A DNA stretch of 63,687 nt from the IMG/VR virus record IMGVR_UViG_3300045988_102303; one strand, 5' to 3'. The position numbers and the translations under genes were made by a program. The stretch is from a virus. Positions 50,927-60,430 of this stretch are shown in pieces. The notes under the pieces are model-generated. The model was not told the DNA's origin and made no database searches. It saw only the letters and a program-made list of their open reading frames with translations. Each line of letters starts with the position of its first letter. Position 1 is the first letter of the stretch.

Positions 50927-51212
50927 CTGAACGCCTCATCGCTAACCCAGTTAAGCCTTCTTCGTTTTGTTCTCTCATAAATTTTCTATAAAATCCATCA
51001 GCCATTTTTAACCAAAAATCATTTGTATTACTCTCGATAGAGATTGGACCTATTGTTATATTTTCAGAAGATGCTTTCATTAAGCATCCATAATAACAAG
51101 CCTCATTAATATTATCATAAGTAGCAGCCAACATTTCCAATTGAGCTTGAGTTAAAGTTGGGTTGCTATCTTCCATTAGCATAGTTTTAATTACTTCGAC
51201 ATTCAATGCCAT
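50916..51212 (-). CDS. Head-tail connector (gp6-like adaptor; start trimmed)
   Basis: SD GGAGGTGAGTAAA-ATG at 51212 (MALNVEVIKT...); the track extension overlaps the capsid-gene terminator hairpin. Confidence 0.5.
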   Translation of the reverse strand: MALNVEVIKTMLMEDSNPTLTQAQLEMLAATYDNINEACYYGCLMKASSENITIGPISIESNTNDFWLKMADGFYRKFMREQNEEGLTGLAMRRSDEL

Positions 51213-51237
51213 TTTACTCACCTCCGATATTATAAAA

Positions 51238-51276
51238 GCCGAGGGAATTAATGGCAACCTCATTCCCTCCCTCGGC
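51238..51276 (-). terminator. GC-rich terminator/attenuator after major capsid gene
   Basis: Minus strand GCCGAGGGA-N21-TCCCTCGGC followed by TTTTATAATAT. Confidence 0.75.
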
Positions 51277-51298
51277 ATGTATATTAAAAATGAGCAAA

Positions 51299-52417
51299 CT
51301 ATTTTATCATGTTACTTGTATCTGTAGATACTTTAGTAACATCTGCTACTGCACAATCGTCTATTGTTTCAAAACTTGGTATCATGACGCTTGATACAAC
51401 GGTTACGACTTGTACTGGATGTTTTTCTTTATAAGTAGTTATTGCAGTTCCGTTATTAACTATAGATACTTGAGCATCTGAACCTGTCATAAGGTCACTT
51501 TCTTCTGGAGTTGTACCATACCATGTAGAACCAAGTGAAGCTCTAGGTGGTAATATTACTACTTTTCCATCAGGGATTAAGTCGACTGGAGTTCCAGTTG
51601 CTATACCTGTATCATGTGATAATGTAGTTATTTTCTTAGCATATACAAATATAGTACAACCTGTAGTTGTTTCTATAAATGATTTAGCTTGAGCATCTGT
51701 AACATAATAATTCAATGCTGAATCATTAGGATACATCATTTTATGAACTTTAGGAGAATGTACCATATTTAAGAAAGTATTTCTATTCATTACTAATCTT
51801 GTAGGTCTTAATCCTCTTAATGTTTCCATATAATCACACCAAGCTATTATATCTCTAACTGGGTCAGCTGCATCATTTTTTTCACCCCAAGCTGCTTGAC
51901 CTTTTTTGCATTTGAATAAATTTTGTTGACCATAGTCGTATACATATTTAACTCTACCGTCAGCAGAAGTGACATCTATTTTACCACCAGTTAATAATTG
52001 GCATCTCATATATTCACCTTGTACTCTAACACCTTCTACTAATCTTGATACTTCATCAAATATGTTTTTGATTATTGGCATGGCCATTTGTTGTTCTGGG
52101 TTGTTTAATAACATGTTAAGTTGTTGTCTATCTTTTTCACCAATTCTAGTAGCTTCTCTGAAGAATGCCATTTCAGTTGCTACGCCTTCAAATCCTTCTT
52201 TTTCTCTTAATCTAGCTTTTACATCATATTCACTTGGTTGTATTGCTACTGGTAATCCATTAGCTCCTTTTAGCCAAGATATATCTGTACCCAGTTGTCT
52301 TTGAGCTGGGAATAATGTTTCGCCAAAGTAAGGGATTTTGTTTTCTGGTTTTTCTGTAACATATGCAGCTATATCAGTTGCATTTATGTAATCGAATAAA
52401 TTTTTTATTATAGCCAT
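51299..52417 (-). CDS. Major capsid protein, lambda gpE-like family
   Basis: YFGETLFPAQRQLGTDISWLKGANGLPVAIQPSEYDVKARLREKEGF matches the N-terminal pattern of capsid protein E family; size and position. Confidence 0.8.
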   Translation of the reverse strand: MAIIKNLFDYINATDIAAYVTEKPENKIPYFGETLFPAQRQLGTDISWLKGANGLPVAIQPSEYDVKARLREKEGFEGVATEMAFFREATRIGEKDRQQLNMLLNNPEQQMAMPIIKNIFDEVSRLVEGVRVQGEYMRCQLLTGGKIDVTSADGRVKYVYDYGQQNLFKCKKGQAAWGEKNDAADPVRDIIAWCDYMETLRGLRPTRLVMNRNTFLNMVHSPKVHKMMYPNDSALNYYVTDAQAKSFIETTTGCTIFVYAKKITTLSHDTGIATGTPVDLIPDGKVVILPPRASLGSTWYGTTPEESDLMTGSDAQVSIVNNGTAITTYKEKHPVQVVTVVSSVMIPSFETIDDCAVADVTKVSTDTSNMIK

Positions 52418-52433
52418 TTATTTTCCCTCCTCA

Positions 52434-52871
52434 TTATTTACTTACTATATAAATCATATTATTATCTAAGTCAGCTTTCTTTGTTCCATATAATCTGTCG
52501 TTTCTTACAAATCCATGAACTAATATAGCTGCGTTTACTTCTGTATCTGTAACTTCATCATATTTTCCAAATTCTATAGTGTTAAATAATACTGCGTTTG
52601 GTTTTACTTCAGCAGCTCCTTCTGGTACAGCATCTGCTGGTGCAGTTACTTTTCCATCTGCGTCCATATGTACAGCTAATCCTCTAGGTAATACTTTTGT
52701 TGAGTCTGTATATATTTTTCCTAATTTTGTTTTTTCTTCAGATGTTAATGTTGCATATAATTTTGCTAAATCCTCAAATGCTATTTTTCCAGGTATATTT
52801 ACATAATGGTCTGGAAAAGCTAAGAATTGAGGTTCTGGTGCTAGATATTGTCTAGTTTGTAGTTTTGGCAT
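52434..52871 (-). CDS. Putative head decoration protein (by position)
   Basis: 145 aa between scaffold and capsid genes, as for lambda gpD-type decoration proteins; no motif recognised. Confidence 0.4.
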   Translation of the reverse strand: MPKLQTRQYLAPEPQFLAFPDHYVNIPGKIAFEDLAKLYATLTSEEKTKLGKIYTDSTKVLPRGLAVHMDADGKVTAPADAVPEGAAEVKPNAVLFNTIEFGKYDEVTDTEVNAAILVHGFVRNDRLYGTKKADLDNNMIYIVSK

Positions 52872-52895
52872 TTTAATTCCTCCTTAATTAATTTA

Positions 52896-53582
52896 CTATT
52901 TTTCACCAAAGAAGTATTCAGGGCCAAATTTTTGACCTTCTTCTGCCTTTGGTACTCCATTTTGTTGTGCTAGCATTTTACCAAAGTCTCCAGGTTGGGC
53001 TGTTTGTGAATTAAATACAAATCCACTAGCTTGTTTACCTGGTACGCCAGTACCGTTGAATGGATTTTTTCCACCTTGTTGTGGTTCTGGTTCACTAGCT
53101 TCAAATAGGTATGATTTTTCTTTTTTAAGATTTTCAACTTGTTCTTTTATACCTATTACTTCTCCATTTTCTCCAATGGATATTTTGCCCATGTCTAAAA
53201 ATCCTTTTAAATCTTTTGCGTCATGAGCTTTACTTTCTACTGCGCATAATTGTAATGCACTATCTATTTGACTATCTTTTAATGCTTTTTTATAATTATC
53301 AAGGTCTGTTTGTAGACTTTGAATTGTCTCTTTAGCTTTGTCATCATCTTTGACTTGAGCCTCAAGAGTTTTTATTGATGCATTTAATGTTGTTATTGTT
53401 TGAGTTGCGGTGTTAAGTTCTCCAATCTTTGCATCTAATCTAGATTTAGGTACAAATATATTTTTATCGCCATCGTCTATGAATAACTTACATTTTGCAT
53501 CTTTTAAATTGTCAGATATAATTTTGGCAACGGCATCTGCGTTGTCTACTCCTTGCAAGAAATCTTTAATATCTTTACTCAT
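52896..53582 (-). CDS. Scaffolding protein
   Basis: Coiled-coil-rich 228 aa with Gly/Pro-rich C-terminus; position before decoration/capsid genes; SD TATAAGGAGGTATTAAAAA-ATG. Confidence 0.65.
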   Translation of the reverse strand: MSKDIKDFLQGVDNADAVAKIISDNLKDAKCKLFIDDGDKNIFVPKSRLDAKIGELNTATQTITTLNASIKTLEAQVKDDDKAKETIQSLQTDLDNYKKALKDSQIDSALQLCAVESKAHDAKDLKGFLDMGKISIGENGEVIGIKEQVENLKKEKSYLFEASEPEPQQGGKNPFNGTGVPGKQASGFVFNSQTAQPGDFGKMLAQQNGVPKAEEGQKFGPEYFFGEK

Positions 53583-53678
53583 TTTTTAATACCTCCTTAT
53601 ACGATTCTTTTGAATAGAGAAAAGTAACTATATAACACAATACAAGGGATTTAAGTGTCCCAGGTCACTACTATCTAT

Positions 53679-53707
53679 ATTATAGTAAAATACGGATTTT
53701 TGTTAAC
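53679..53707 (-). promoter_or_regulatory. Sigma-A-like promoter for head operon (TTAACA-N16-TATAAT)
   Basis: Minus strand GTTAACAAAAATCCGTATTTTACTATAATATAG. Confidence 0.6.
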
Positions 53708-53713
53708 TAAACA

Positions 53714-53744
53714 TAAAAATAGCTAGATACTTATGTATCTAGCT
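53714..53744 (-). terminator. Rho-independent terminator
   Basis: Minus strand AGCTAGATAC-ATAA-GTATCTAGCT followed by ATTTTTATG. Confidence 0.75.
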
Positions 53745-53751
53745 ACTCATT

Positions 53752-53919
53752 TTAGAATATTTTATCAGTGTCATCAATTTCATATGGTTTATTATTTATG
53801 ATACATTTCCTTATCTCGGCTATTATCTCATCGTCTGTACCTGAGAATTGCATAAGCGGGAAAATATCTCCGAATGTATCATAATATTGGTCTAAATATT
53901 CATATACCTTATCACTCAA
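53752..53919 (-). CDS. Small acidic protein (55 aa, TTG start, not in ORF track); candidate immunity/partner of the MuF-metalloprotease
   Basis: SD GGAGGCAAATAA-TTG directly after the upstream stop; SDKVYEYLDQYYDTFGDIFPLMQFSGTDDEIIAEIRKCIINNKPYEIDDTDKIF. Confidence 0.45.
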   Translation of the reverse strand: MSDKVYEYLDQYYDTFGDIFPLMQFSGTDDEIIAEIRKCIINNKPYEIDDTDKIF

Positions 53920-53920
53920 A

Positions 53921-55702
53921 TTATTTGCCTCCTTTAAATTTCATTTTACCATTTTTAATATTTTCATTAAACTCTTTTACTGTTTCTAATATATACGATT
54001 TTGTTTGTGGAAGATATTTATTTACATGTTTACTATTTTCTTTATTTGCCATACATTCTAGTATATCCGCCCAAGCCTCACTTGATACTTCAGCAGCTCT
54101 ATTTTTTCTATCCCAATAAGACTGCGCATGTCCCCAGTAACCTTGAACTTTTCCTTTTGTAACTCCACCGTATATATCAGATACAGGTGCTATTGTATCT
54201 TTGTAACTACGTAATTCATCACTTAATCTCTTTTCAGTCTTACGTTCTAATTGGGCTTCAATATCATCTTTACAATATTCAAATATTTTTTTATTTTTAG
54301 TGAATGTACCTAATTGAGCATCAATCATATGTCCATATTCATGGAAGAATGTTGAATATGGCCCTGTCTGAGCATTAGCCATCTTACTCATTGACATATA
54401 AAGTTTTCCATTTGAAGGTTTATAACATGGAACTGATGAAGTATGTTGTAATTTGAAATATTTGAAAGTTGCCAAATATAAATCTTGAACAGGTAGAGGC
54501 ATATTTTGTAATCGTTTTGTTATTTCCTTAGCATGTGTTTGAGCGCCTCTAGTATTACCAGGACAGTTTTTCATAGCATCAATAAGTCCTTTTTCCATAG
54601 ATGTGATGCGCTCTGCTCTTTCTTGGTCTGTATATAAATGTCCTTTTGGTATCTCTGGATTTACTGATTTTGTAGGTTTTGAAGGTTCTGATTTTTTAGT
54701 AGGTTTAGGTTTTTGAGTTGGTTTTATTGGTATGTGGTTATCGTGTAGCCATTGTTTCATAACGCCACTATTAGGTTTGCCATCGTAATAATCGTTTACA
54801 TCATCAATCATATCTGCTAATGACATTTCAGTTTTTCCATCCTTACTCATTACAGGGGATAGCCAACATAATCCATTTGGGTGGTCTAAAGGTGCATCGT
54901 GAATTGGATATATTTTGCCATCTCTATCTCTACACATAGAACACGTTCTACTTCCAGCATGGCCCGTATGATATTTAACAAATTGATTATATGGATTAAC
55001 TTTATCTGAATTCATAACTGTTAATTGAGCCATATGTGTATTAGTTGTTCTCATTAATCTTAATGCTTCATAGTCAAGTCCACCAGTTCCATATTTACTT
55101 GCATATCCATTTCCTAATTTTTCTCGTATCTTTTTAGTGTCCCAAGTATGATGTCCTGACTTTGCGAATTGGCTAATAATTTTCGATGCTTCTGCTGAAC
55201 TAATACCTCTAGCCAAGCAGCTTGTAATTGCATCTTCTATTTTGCGCCCTGCGGCATTTGTTGAACTCCATAGTCTACTATCAAGCCCTATGCCGTTTTT
55301 ATAAATTTCGCCTTTGGTCATTTGTTCTATTATATTTCGTGATGTAACATCAACATTTTTATTTATTTGGGCTATAATATCTTTATTTTTTGTTATGTCC
55401 TTCATTACTTGAGCATATTGGTCTAATATTCTTTTCGGTATCTTTTCATCGCATATCATTGATTGACTTTGCATGGTTGTATAAAGTTGTTGTATATAAG
55501 CCAATTTACACTTCATAAAATACTGTTGAGAAGGGGTTTTACCCTTCTCAAGTTGTTTTAGATAGTCTGTAAATGCATCATCGAATGATTGTTTATATGC
55601 TCTCATGATTAATCGCTCTTGAGTCTTTGTTGACTTTCTAGCTATTCTTTGTGCGGCCCAATCTATACTAGCTAGATAATCATTCTGGTTTGGAGTAGAC
55701 AT
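53921..55702 (-). CDS. Minor head protein (SPP1 gp7 / Mu F-like) fused to a C-terminal HExxH metallopeptidase-like domain
   Basis: MuF-type end CSMCRDRDGKIYPIHDAPLDHPNGLCW; K/P-rich linker KPTQKPKPTKKSEPSKPTK; C-terminal FFHEYGHMID ... EAWAD. Confidence 0.75.
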   Translation of the reverse strand: MSTPNQNDYLASIDWAAQRIARKSTKTQERLIMRAYKQSFDDAFTDYLKQLEKGKTPSQQYFMKCKLAYIQQLYTTMQSQSMICDEKIPKRILDQYAQVMKDITKNKDIIAQINKNVDVTSRNIIEQMTKGEIYKNGIGLDSRLWSSTNAAGRKIEDAITSCLARGISSAEASKIISQFAKSGHHTWDTKKIREKLGNGYASKYGTGGLDYEALRLMRTTNTHMAQLTVMNSDKVNPYNQFVKYHTGHAGSRTCSMCRDRDGKIYPIHDAPLDHPNGLCWLSPVMSKDGKTEMSLADMIDDVNDYYDGKPNSGVMKQWLHDNHIPIKPTQKPKPTKKSEPSKPTKSVNPEIPKGHLYTDQERAERITSMEKGLIDAMKNCPGNTRGAQTHAKEITKRLQNMPLPVQDLYLATFKYFKLQHTSSVPCYKPSNGKLYMSMSKMANAQTGPYSTFFHEYGHMIDAQLGTFTKNKKIFEYCKDDIEAQLERKTEKRLSDELRSYKDTIAPVSDIYGGVTKGKVQGYWGHAQSYWDRKNRAAEVSSEAWADILECMANKENSKHVNKYLPQTKSYILETVKEFNENIKNGKMKFKGGK

Positions 55703-56132
55703 AATCTCTCACTTCTCCCTCCTTAGCTAAATATTGTTCTTTTAACAGTAATTCGTAACTTTTATTTCTGGATATCATGGCATCTACTTCTTTTTTAAGA
55801 GTTACAATTTTCTTTTGCCATCTTCTGACAACATCTTGTGGAATACTTCTGTTATGCGTATCATAGAATTGGTAATCATTACCTTGTGACTTAACCGCTT
55901 GTTGTAGCTCCGCTTGTTTTTCTTGTAATCTGTGTATCATGGCTCTAAGTTTATTATCGGCTATTAGTGTGACATATACTGCTCCGCAGTTCTTACATTC
56001 GAAGCCTTCTACTCTTAGTTTTGTTTTACTATTGTAATATAATTCTTTTGTCATGACCTTCATCTCTGTAGCACAATTATCACATACTACTTCAACTTGA
56101 TGATTCATTTTTTCTCTTTCCATTCTGCTCAT
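55680..56132 (-). CDS. Zinc-ribbon/coiled-coil protein (150 aa)
   Basis: CDNCATEM...CKNCGAVY; SD AATAAGGAGGTATTAAAA-ATG. Confidence 0.6.
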   Translation of the reverse strand: MSRMEREKMNHQVEVVCDNCATEMKVMTKELYYNSKTKLRVEGFECKNCGAVYVTLIADNKLRAMIHRLQEKQAELQQAVKSQGNDYQFYDTHNRSIPQDVVRRWQKKIVTLKKEVDAMISRNKSYELLLKEQYLAKEGEVRDYVYSKPE

Positions 56133-56171
56133 TTTTAATACCTCCTTATTTTTGCTGGCAAGTATTATATA

Positions 56172-57785
56172 CTATTTTGTAGCATTTTTGTTATCGTCAT
56201 CTTCTTCGCCTTCTTCACCTTGTTGAGTATTGCTATTACCTTCAAATCCACCCATCATCATATTTTGCATATTTTGTATTTGTTCTTGTTCTTCCATAAT
56301 GCGTTCAAATTCTGCATTGGCATCTTCTGAATTACCGAACTCTTCAATGTAAGATTTATGTGAACGTACATTAGCTTCTACTTCTTGTATTGCTATAGTT
56401 CTTACAGATTCATCATCATCTGGTATTGGGTAATTATGAGTCCATGAAGTAGTAGTTTCTAAAGTTAATGTTTCACTTCCTAATACTTCCTTGAATAACC
56501 CAAAACCTCCATATACTTCGAACATATGGACTATCCATATTAATACTTCGTCCCATGTTCTCCATTTTTCTTCACATCTAGTAATTAAGTCATAATACAT
56601 CATCTTTAAGGCCTTTGCACTTGGTACATTTAACAATGCTTCTGGCATTGGTTGTTCCATAAGTTCATACATATCCTTCTTTAGTTGAGTTAAATAGCTG
56701 TCAGCAGCACTTTGAAAATTAAATGTACTAGATAACATACCAAACTTGGCAACTGAAGTACTTCCAGTACCATCACCAAGTGTAGGGTCTGATTTTAAGT
56801 CTATGATTTTATTTGGTGCTATTTTTATATTTTTTAATGAACTTGATTTTACATCAGTAAATACTGGTTGCTCAAACATCTTAAATCTTAGAGCATCTCG
56901 ATAATCTGACATTGTTTTATTGTAATCCATTGCCATGTCCATTAGGTCTTTGACATCTGAATGACCTCTAATATCTCCAGTTAACCCATCATTTAATATT
57001 ACTTTACATGGTAATTCCTCTAGTCCAGTATTCCATTCTTGCTTTAGTTCGACTGCTTGAATTGTGTCCTCGTCTTCATTATCGCCGACATTATTTGTAA
57101 CAGTTGTGAAAGCAGTTATATTTGCTCCGTCAACTATTTTATATATTGCCCAGCAATATCCATCGTCTCTCATTTCATATGTCCATTTGTGCCATCTTTG
57201 GTCACGTTGAATTTTCCCTATTGTAGATTTATCTTGATAAGCTATTTCTACTCTTTTAAGTATATCAACATCGTTTTCATCATATTCATATATAAATTCT
57301 GGCATTGTGTAAAATCTAAATTTCACTTCTCCAGTTGGCACTCCTGATTGGTCTACATCTGCAAGCATACAAAGTAGTACCCTTTTACCTATTGTGCAGT
57401 CCATGAATGCTTTGCCGAATTTATTCCAGAATTTTGTATCTTTTAATATATGTTCTATACAGGCCCTCTTTGTATCTATTGTATCTCTATTGACATTATC
57501 GTCGTAGCTGCTTAATACAAGTGTTGGAGGAACTGATGTCATAAATCTACCTTGTTTATTTAGTAATTTTTTAGTTAAGTTTCTTATTTCTCTTGTAGGT
57601 GTATAATCCCCAACTTTAACTCCCCATAATTGACCTCTAGAGGATTCATAATCTTCCTCTTCCGTCCAATTACGCCCTTCATAAAATTCATAATAGTTTT
57701 GTACTTCTGGTAATTCTTTTCTAAATTCTAAGTCATTAGCGAACAGACCAAGAAGACTATTTTTAAAATCTTTATAATCACTCAT
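56172..57785 (-). CDS. Portal protein (SPP1 gp6-like)
   Basis: 537 aa immediately after the large terminase; acidic C-terminus; typical size and position. Confidence 0.8.
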   Translation of the reverse strand: MSDYKDFKNSLLGLFANDLEFRKELPEVQNYYEFYEGRNWTEEEDYESSRGQLWGVKVGDYTPTREIRNLTKKLLNKQGRFMTSVPPTLVLSSYDDNVNRDTIDTKRACIEHILKDTKFWNKFGKAFMDCTIGKRVLLCMLADVDQSGVPTGEVKFRFYTMPEFIYEYDENDVDILKRVEIAYQDKSTIGKIQRDQRWHKWTYEMRDDGYCWAIYKIVDGANITAFTTVTNNVGDNEDEDTIQAVELKQEWNTGLEELPCKVILNDGLTGDIRGHSDVKDLMDMAMDYNKTMSDYRDALRFKMFEQPVFTDVKSSSLKNIKIAPNKIIDLKSDPTLGDGTGSTSVAKFGMLSSTFNFQSAADSYLTQLKKDMYELMEQPMPEALLNVPSAKALKMMYYDLITRCEEKWRTWDEVLIWIVHMFEVYGGFGLFKEVLGSETLTLETTTSWTHNYPIPDDDESVRTIAIQEVEANVRSHKSYIEEFGNSEDANAEFERIMEEQEQIQNMQNMMMGGFEGNSNTQQGEEGEEDDDNKNATK

Positions 57786-57788
57786 CTT

Positions 57789-59132
57789 TTAATATTCTCC
57801 TTCCTTTTCTAATATTGCAATTTCTTTATCTAGTGTTCCATGTAATATGGAATCTGTCATTATTGCATATCTAATTTTATCCATAGCATGGTCATCAATT
57901 TTTATAACTTCTTCCACGCCTTTATCCAGTTTGTCACTATCCCAAGCATACGTTGTAAACTCTTCAATATCTTTTATGCAGCTTGGGTCTAATGTAAATT
58001 TCCTTTCATTCAATAGAAATGATACAACTTGTATACCCAAGTCCACCCTATTTTTAGCAGGTAATATATCAATTCCATGTCGTGCAAAATATGGGTCTTT
58101 TCTTAATTGTACTATCATCGGAGCAGCTGAAGGGTCAAGTGTAATATACTCTGGCATTACTAGATTATCTGCTAAAAATTGTTTTAAATCATCTGCATAT
58201 TCTTCTGTTGTCTTTTGACCGTCATCTCTACCTGAATGATAATAACTTGCTATTTGGTGGTAACGTCTTTCAGGTGCATAATATCCAAATATGCCAAAAG
58301 TCGTCGCATTCTGAATACCGAAGTCACCTGCTACAAATATTCTAGTCCATCTTCTCTTAACTTGAACCGCATGAATATCTGGGTCAAACATCGGATATAC
58401 TATACCATCGGCAGCTACCCATAGTCCTAATATATATCGCTTATAGAAAACTCCAGTATATAATGCTTTATATCTATTTTTAACTTCTTCACTTAATGAT
58501 GGGTTATCGTCCATTGTGAAATGTAGATATAATACTTTTTTCTCAGTAACTTTATTTATCCATTCTTTTTTAAACCAATGGAACGGTGAATTGGGGTTAC
58601 ATGAAAACCAAAACTTTGCACCTTCAACTGAACATCTAGCTGTTGCTTGATTAACAAAACTCGCAGGCATCAATGCAACTTCATCAAAGAATACGCCAGC
58701 TAAAGTAATACCTTGAATTAAATCTTGTGAACTCTCATCTTTTCCACCGAATATATAATAATAATTAGTTGTTTTCTTTTTAGTTTCTTTGTCTATAGCT
58801 CCTATACAAAAACACCCTTCCATTCTTGAATCTTCTATAATATAGCCTGTTGATTTTAACATTTGTTTTAATGGACCCAGCACATTACGTCTTAACCCAC
58901 CAACTGTTTTACCACACAAAGCAAAGTTCTTGCCGTCAAATGTACTCATACTCCATAATACAAATGATAGTGCTTCAGATACTGTTTTTCCACTTCTTAC
59001 TGCACCGTCGCATATAATTGCATCAAAGTCTTTATACTTACTTGTAGGTGTCCACCAACTCATAACAATACTTTGTTTTTGACTAAATGGCACAAAGTCA
59101 AATGGCACAACTCTATCTTTTAATCTAAGCAT
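57789..59132 (-). CDS. terL: Terminase large subunit
   Basis: Walker A CDGAVRSGKT, Walker B-like GVFFDE, C-terminal nuclease acidic residues (DDHAMD). Confidence 0.85.
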   Translation of the reverse strand: MLRLKDRVVPFDFVPFSQKQSIVMSWWTPTSKYKDFDAIICDGAVRSGKTVSEALSFVLWSMSTFDGKNFALCGKTVGGLRRNVLGPLKQMLKSTGYIIEDSRMEGCFCIGAIDKETKKKTTNYYYIFGGKDESSQDLIQGITLAGVFFDEVALMPASFVNQATARCSVEGAKFWFSCNPNSPFHWFKKEWINKVTEKKVLYLHFTMDDNPSLSEEVKNRYKALYTGVFYKRYILGLWVAADGIVYPMFDPDIHAVQVKRRWTRIFVAGDFGIQNATTFGIFGYYAPERRYHQIASYYHSGRDDGQKTTEEYADDLKQFLADNLVMPEYITLDPSAAPMIVQLRKDPYFARHGIDILPAKNRVDLGIQVVSFLLNERKFTLDPSCIKDIEEFTTYAWDSDKLDKGVEEVIKIDDHAMDKIRYAIMTDSILHGTLDKEIAILEKEGEY

Positions 59133-59755
59133 TATTCATCACCTATTCCTGAGTTGACTGCTGCAAGTCCTAATGCTTTCATTAGTCCAGTTGTATCCAC
59201 AGTCATGCTATCATCTTCTCCTAATAGTTTTTTCTGTAATTCAAATTTACCTTTGTCGATTTCAAGTTTTTGTTTTTTCATGTCTATGTCTATTTGAACT
59301 TCTTTGCTAAGTAATCCTGAAGTAAATTGTTGACCTTGTTGGGCCTTTGTTATTATGTCAGCCAGCTGGTTTAATTTGTACACATCGTATTGACCTGCTT
59401 TTGTAATCCCTTCTCCAGTTTCTAACATATGGGTTGCCTTTGTATAAAGTTGTTGCCATAATGCATGATACTGTAAGTTGATATCGACTCCAGCCTCCAA
59501 ATATACATCATAGGTTTGTTTGTCAATATCTTCTTTTAATGCAGCTACGATTTTATCTTTTTCCTCTTTCCATTTTTCTTTACTGGATAAGCAGCGCACT
59601 GTTTGGTAGCTAATATTAAATTCTTTGGCTAAATCCTGTAAACTCACATCTTCGTAAATATATTTATTTTTTATTATTTTATTTCTTTGAGTTACTGACA
59701 TTTTAACCCCGTTTACATTGCATATGCTGTTCCAGTTGCTTTTCTTTGTTGTCAT
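59132..59755 (-). CDS. terS: Terminase small subunit
   Basis: N-terminal HTH SLQDLAKEFNISYQTVRCL; stop overlaps terL start (ATGA-type); SD AAGGAGGTTAGAA-ATG. Confidence 0.7.
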   Translation of the reverse strand: MTTKKSNWNSICNVNGVKMSVTQRNKIIKNKYIYEDVSLQDLAKEFNISYQTVRCLSSKEKWKEEKDKIVAALKEDIDKQTYDVYLEAGVDINLQYHALWQQLYTKATHMLETGEGITKAGQYDVYKLNQLADIITKAQQGQQFTSGLLSKEVQIDIDMKKQKLEIDKGKFELQKKLLGEDDSMTVDTTGLMKALGLAAVNSGIGDE

Positions 59756-59872
59756 TTCTAACCTCCTTAAAGTTTATTTGGATTTTACTTAATTAAATAA
59801 ACCGTTAAAAGTGTTTCCCTGGGGATTTTTAACACCCAACTTTATTTATTAAATAAAATCCTATGTATTACT

Positions 59873-60187
59873 TTATTTCCTTACATTTTGGGGGGTATTT
59901 CTGTACCCCTTTGAGCCACTGAAACTATGTAATTTGGATTCTAATTTACCTAAGTATTTTTTATCATTGCTTAATCTAATCAAACTAATAATAAAATACT
60001 TGTTAACATTATTTGGAACCTTATTCTTTTTAATACAATCACATAAGTATTCAGCTTGTTTCAATGTCTTAATATGAGTATGACCATTGCTCCATTCTTT
60101 ATTGGTGTTATATACTATATATCTCTCTTCTTTACTGGAATATAGAATTACCAATGGTTTTATTTCTTTTACTATTCTAGACATCAT
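59873..60187 (-). CDS. Basic hypothetical protein (104 aa), first gene of late region
   Basis: SD CGGAAGGAGCTACAA-ATG; no motif recognised. Confidence 0.6.
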   Translation of the reverse strand: MMSRIVKEIKPLVILYSSKEERYIVYNTNKEWSNGHTHIKTLKQAEYLCDCIKKNKVPNNVNKYFIISLIRLSNDKKYLGKLESKLHSFSGSKGYRNTPQNVRK

Positions 60188-60379
60188 TTGTAGCTCCTTC
60201 CGTTTTTAATTATATTATATTTTAATTTAATGAATTTGTTTAGTTATGTATCATATCTGTTAATGGTTTGTTGTTGTATTGTTAATAGTTATATGGGTAT
60301 TTGTTGTATATATACTTTCTGTATATTACTTATACATATCTCCCACACCCCGCAAACTTTTTCTATACATTTATATATT

Positions 60380-60407
60380 AAAAAAGGCGGATATTTCTAT
60401 CCACCTT
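60380..60407 (-). terminator. Rho-independent terminator after third MTase
   Basis: Minus strand GGTGGATA-GAAA-TATCCGCC (one G.U) followed by TTTTTTAATAT. Confidence 0.75.
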
Positions 60408-60430
60408 CTTGTTTGTTTTGAGTTTTATAT

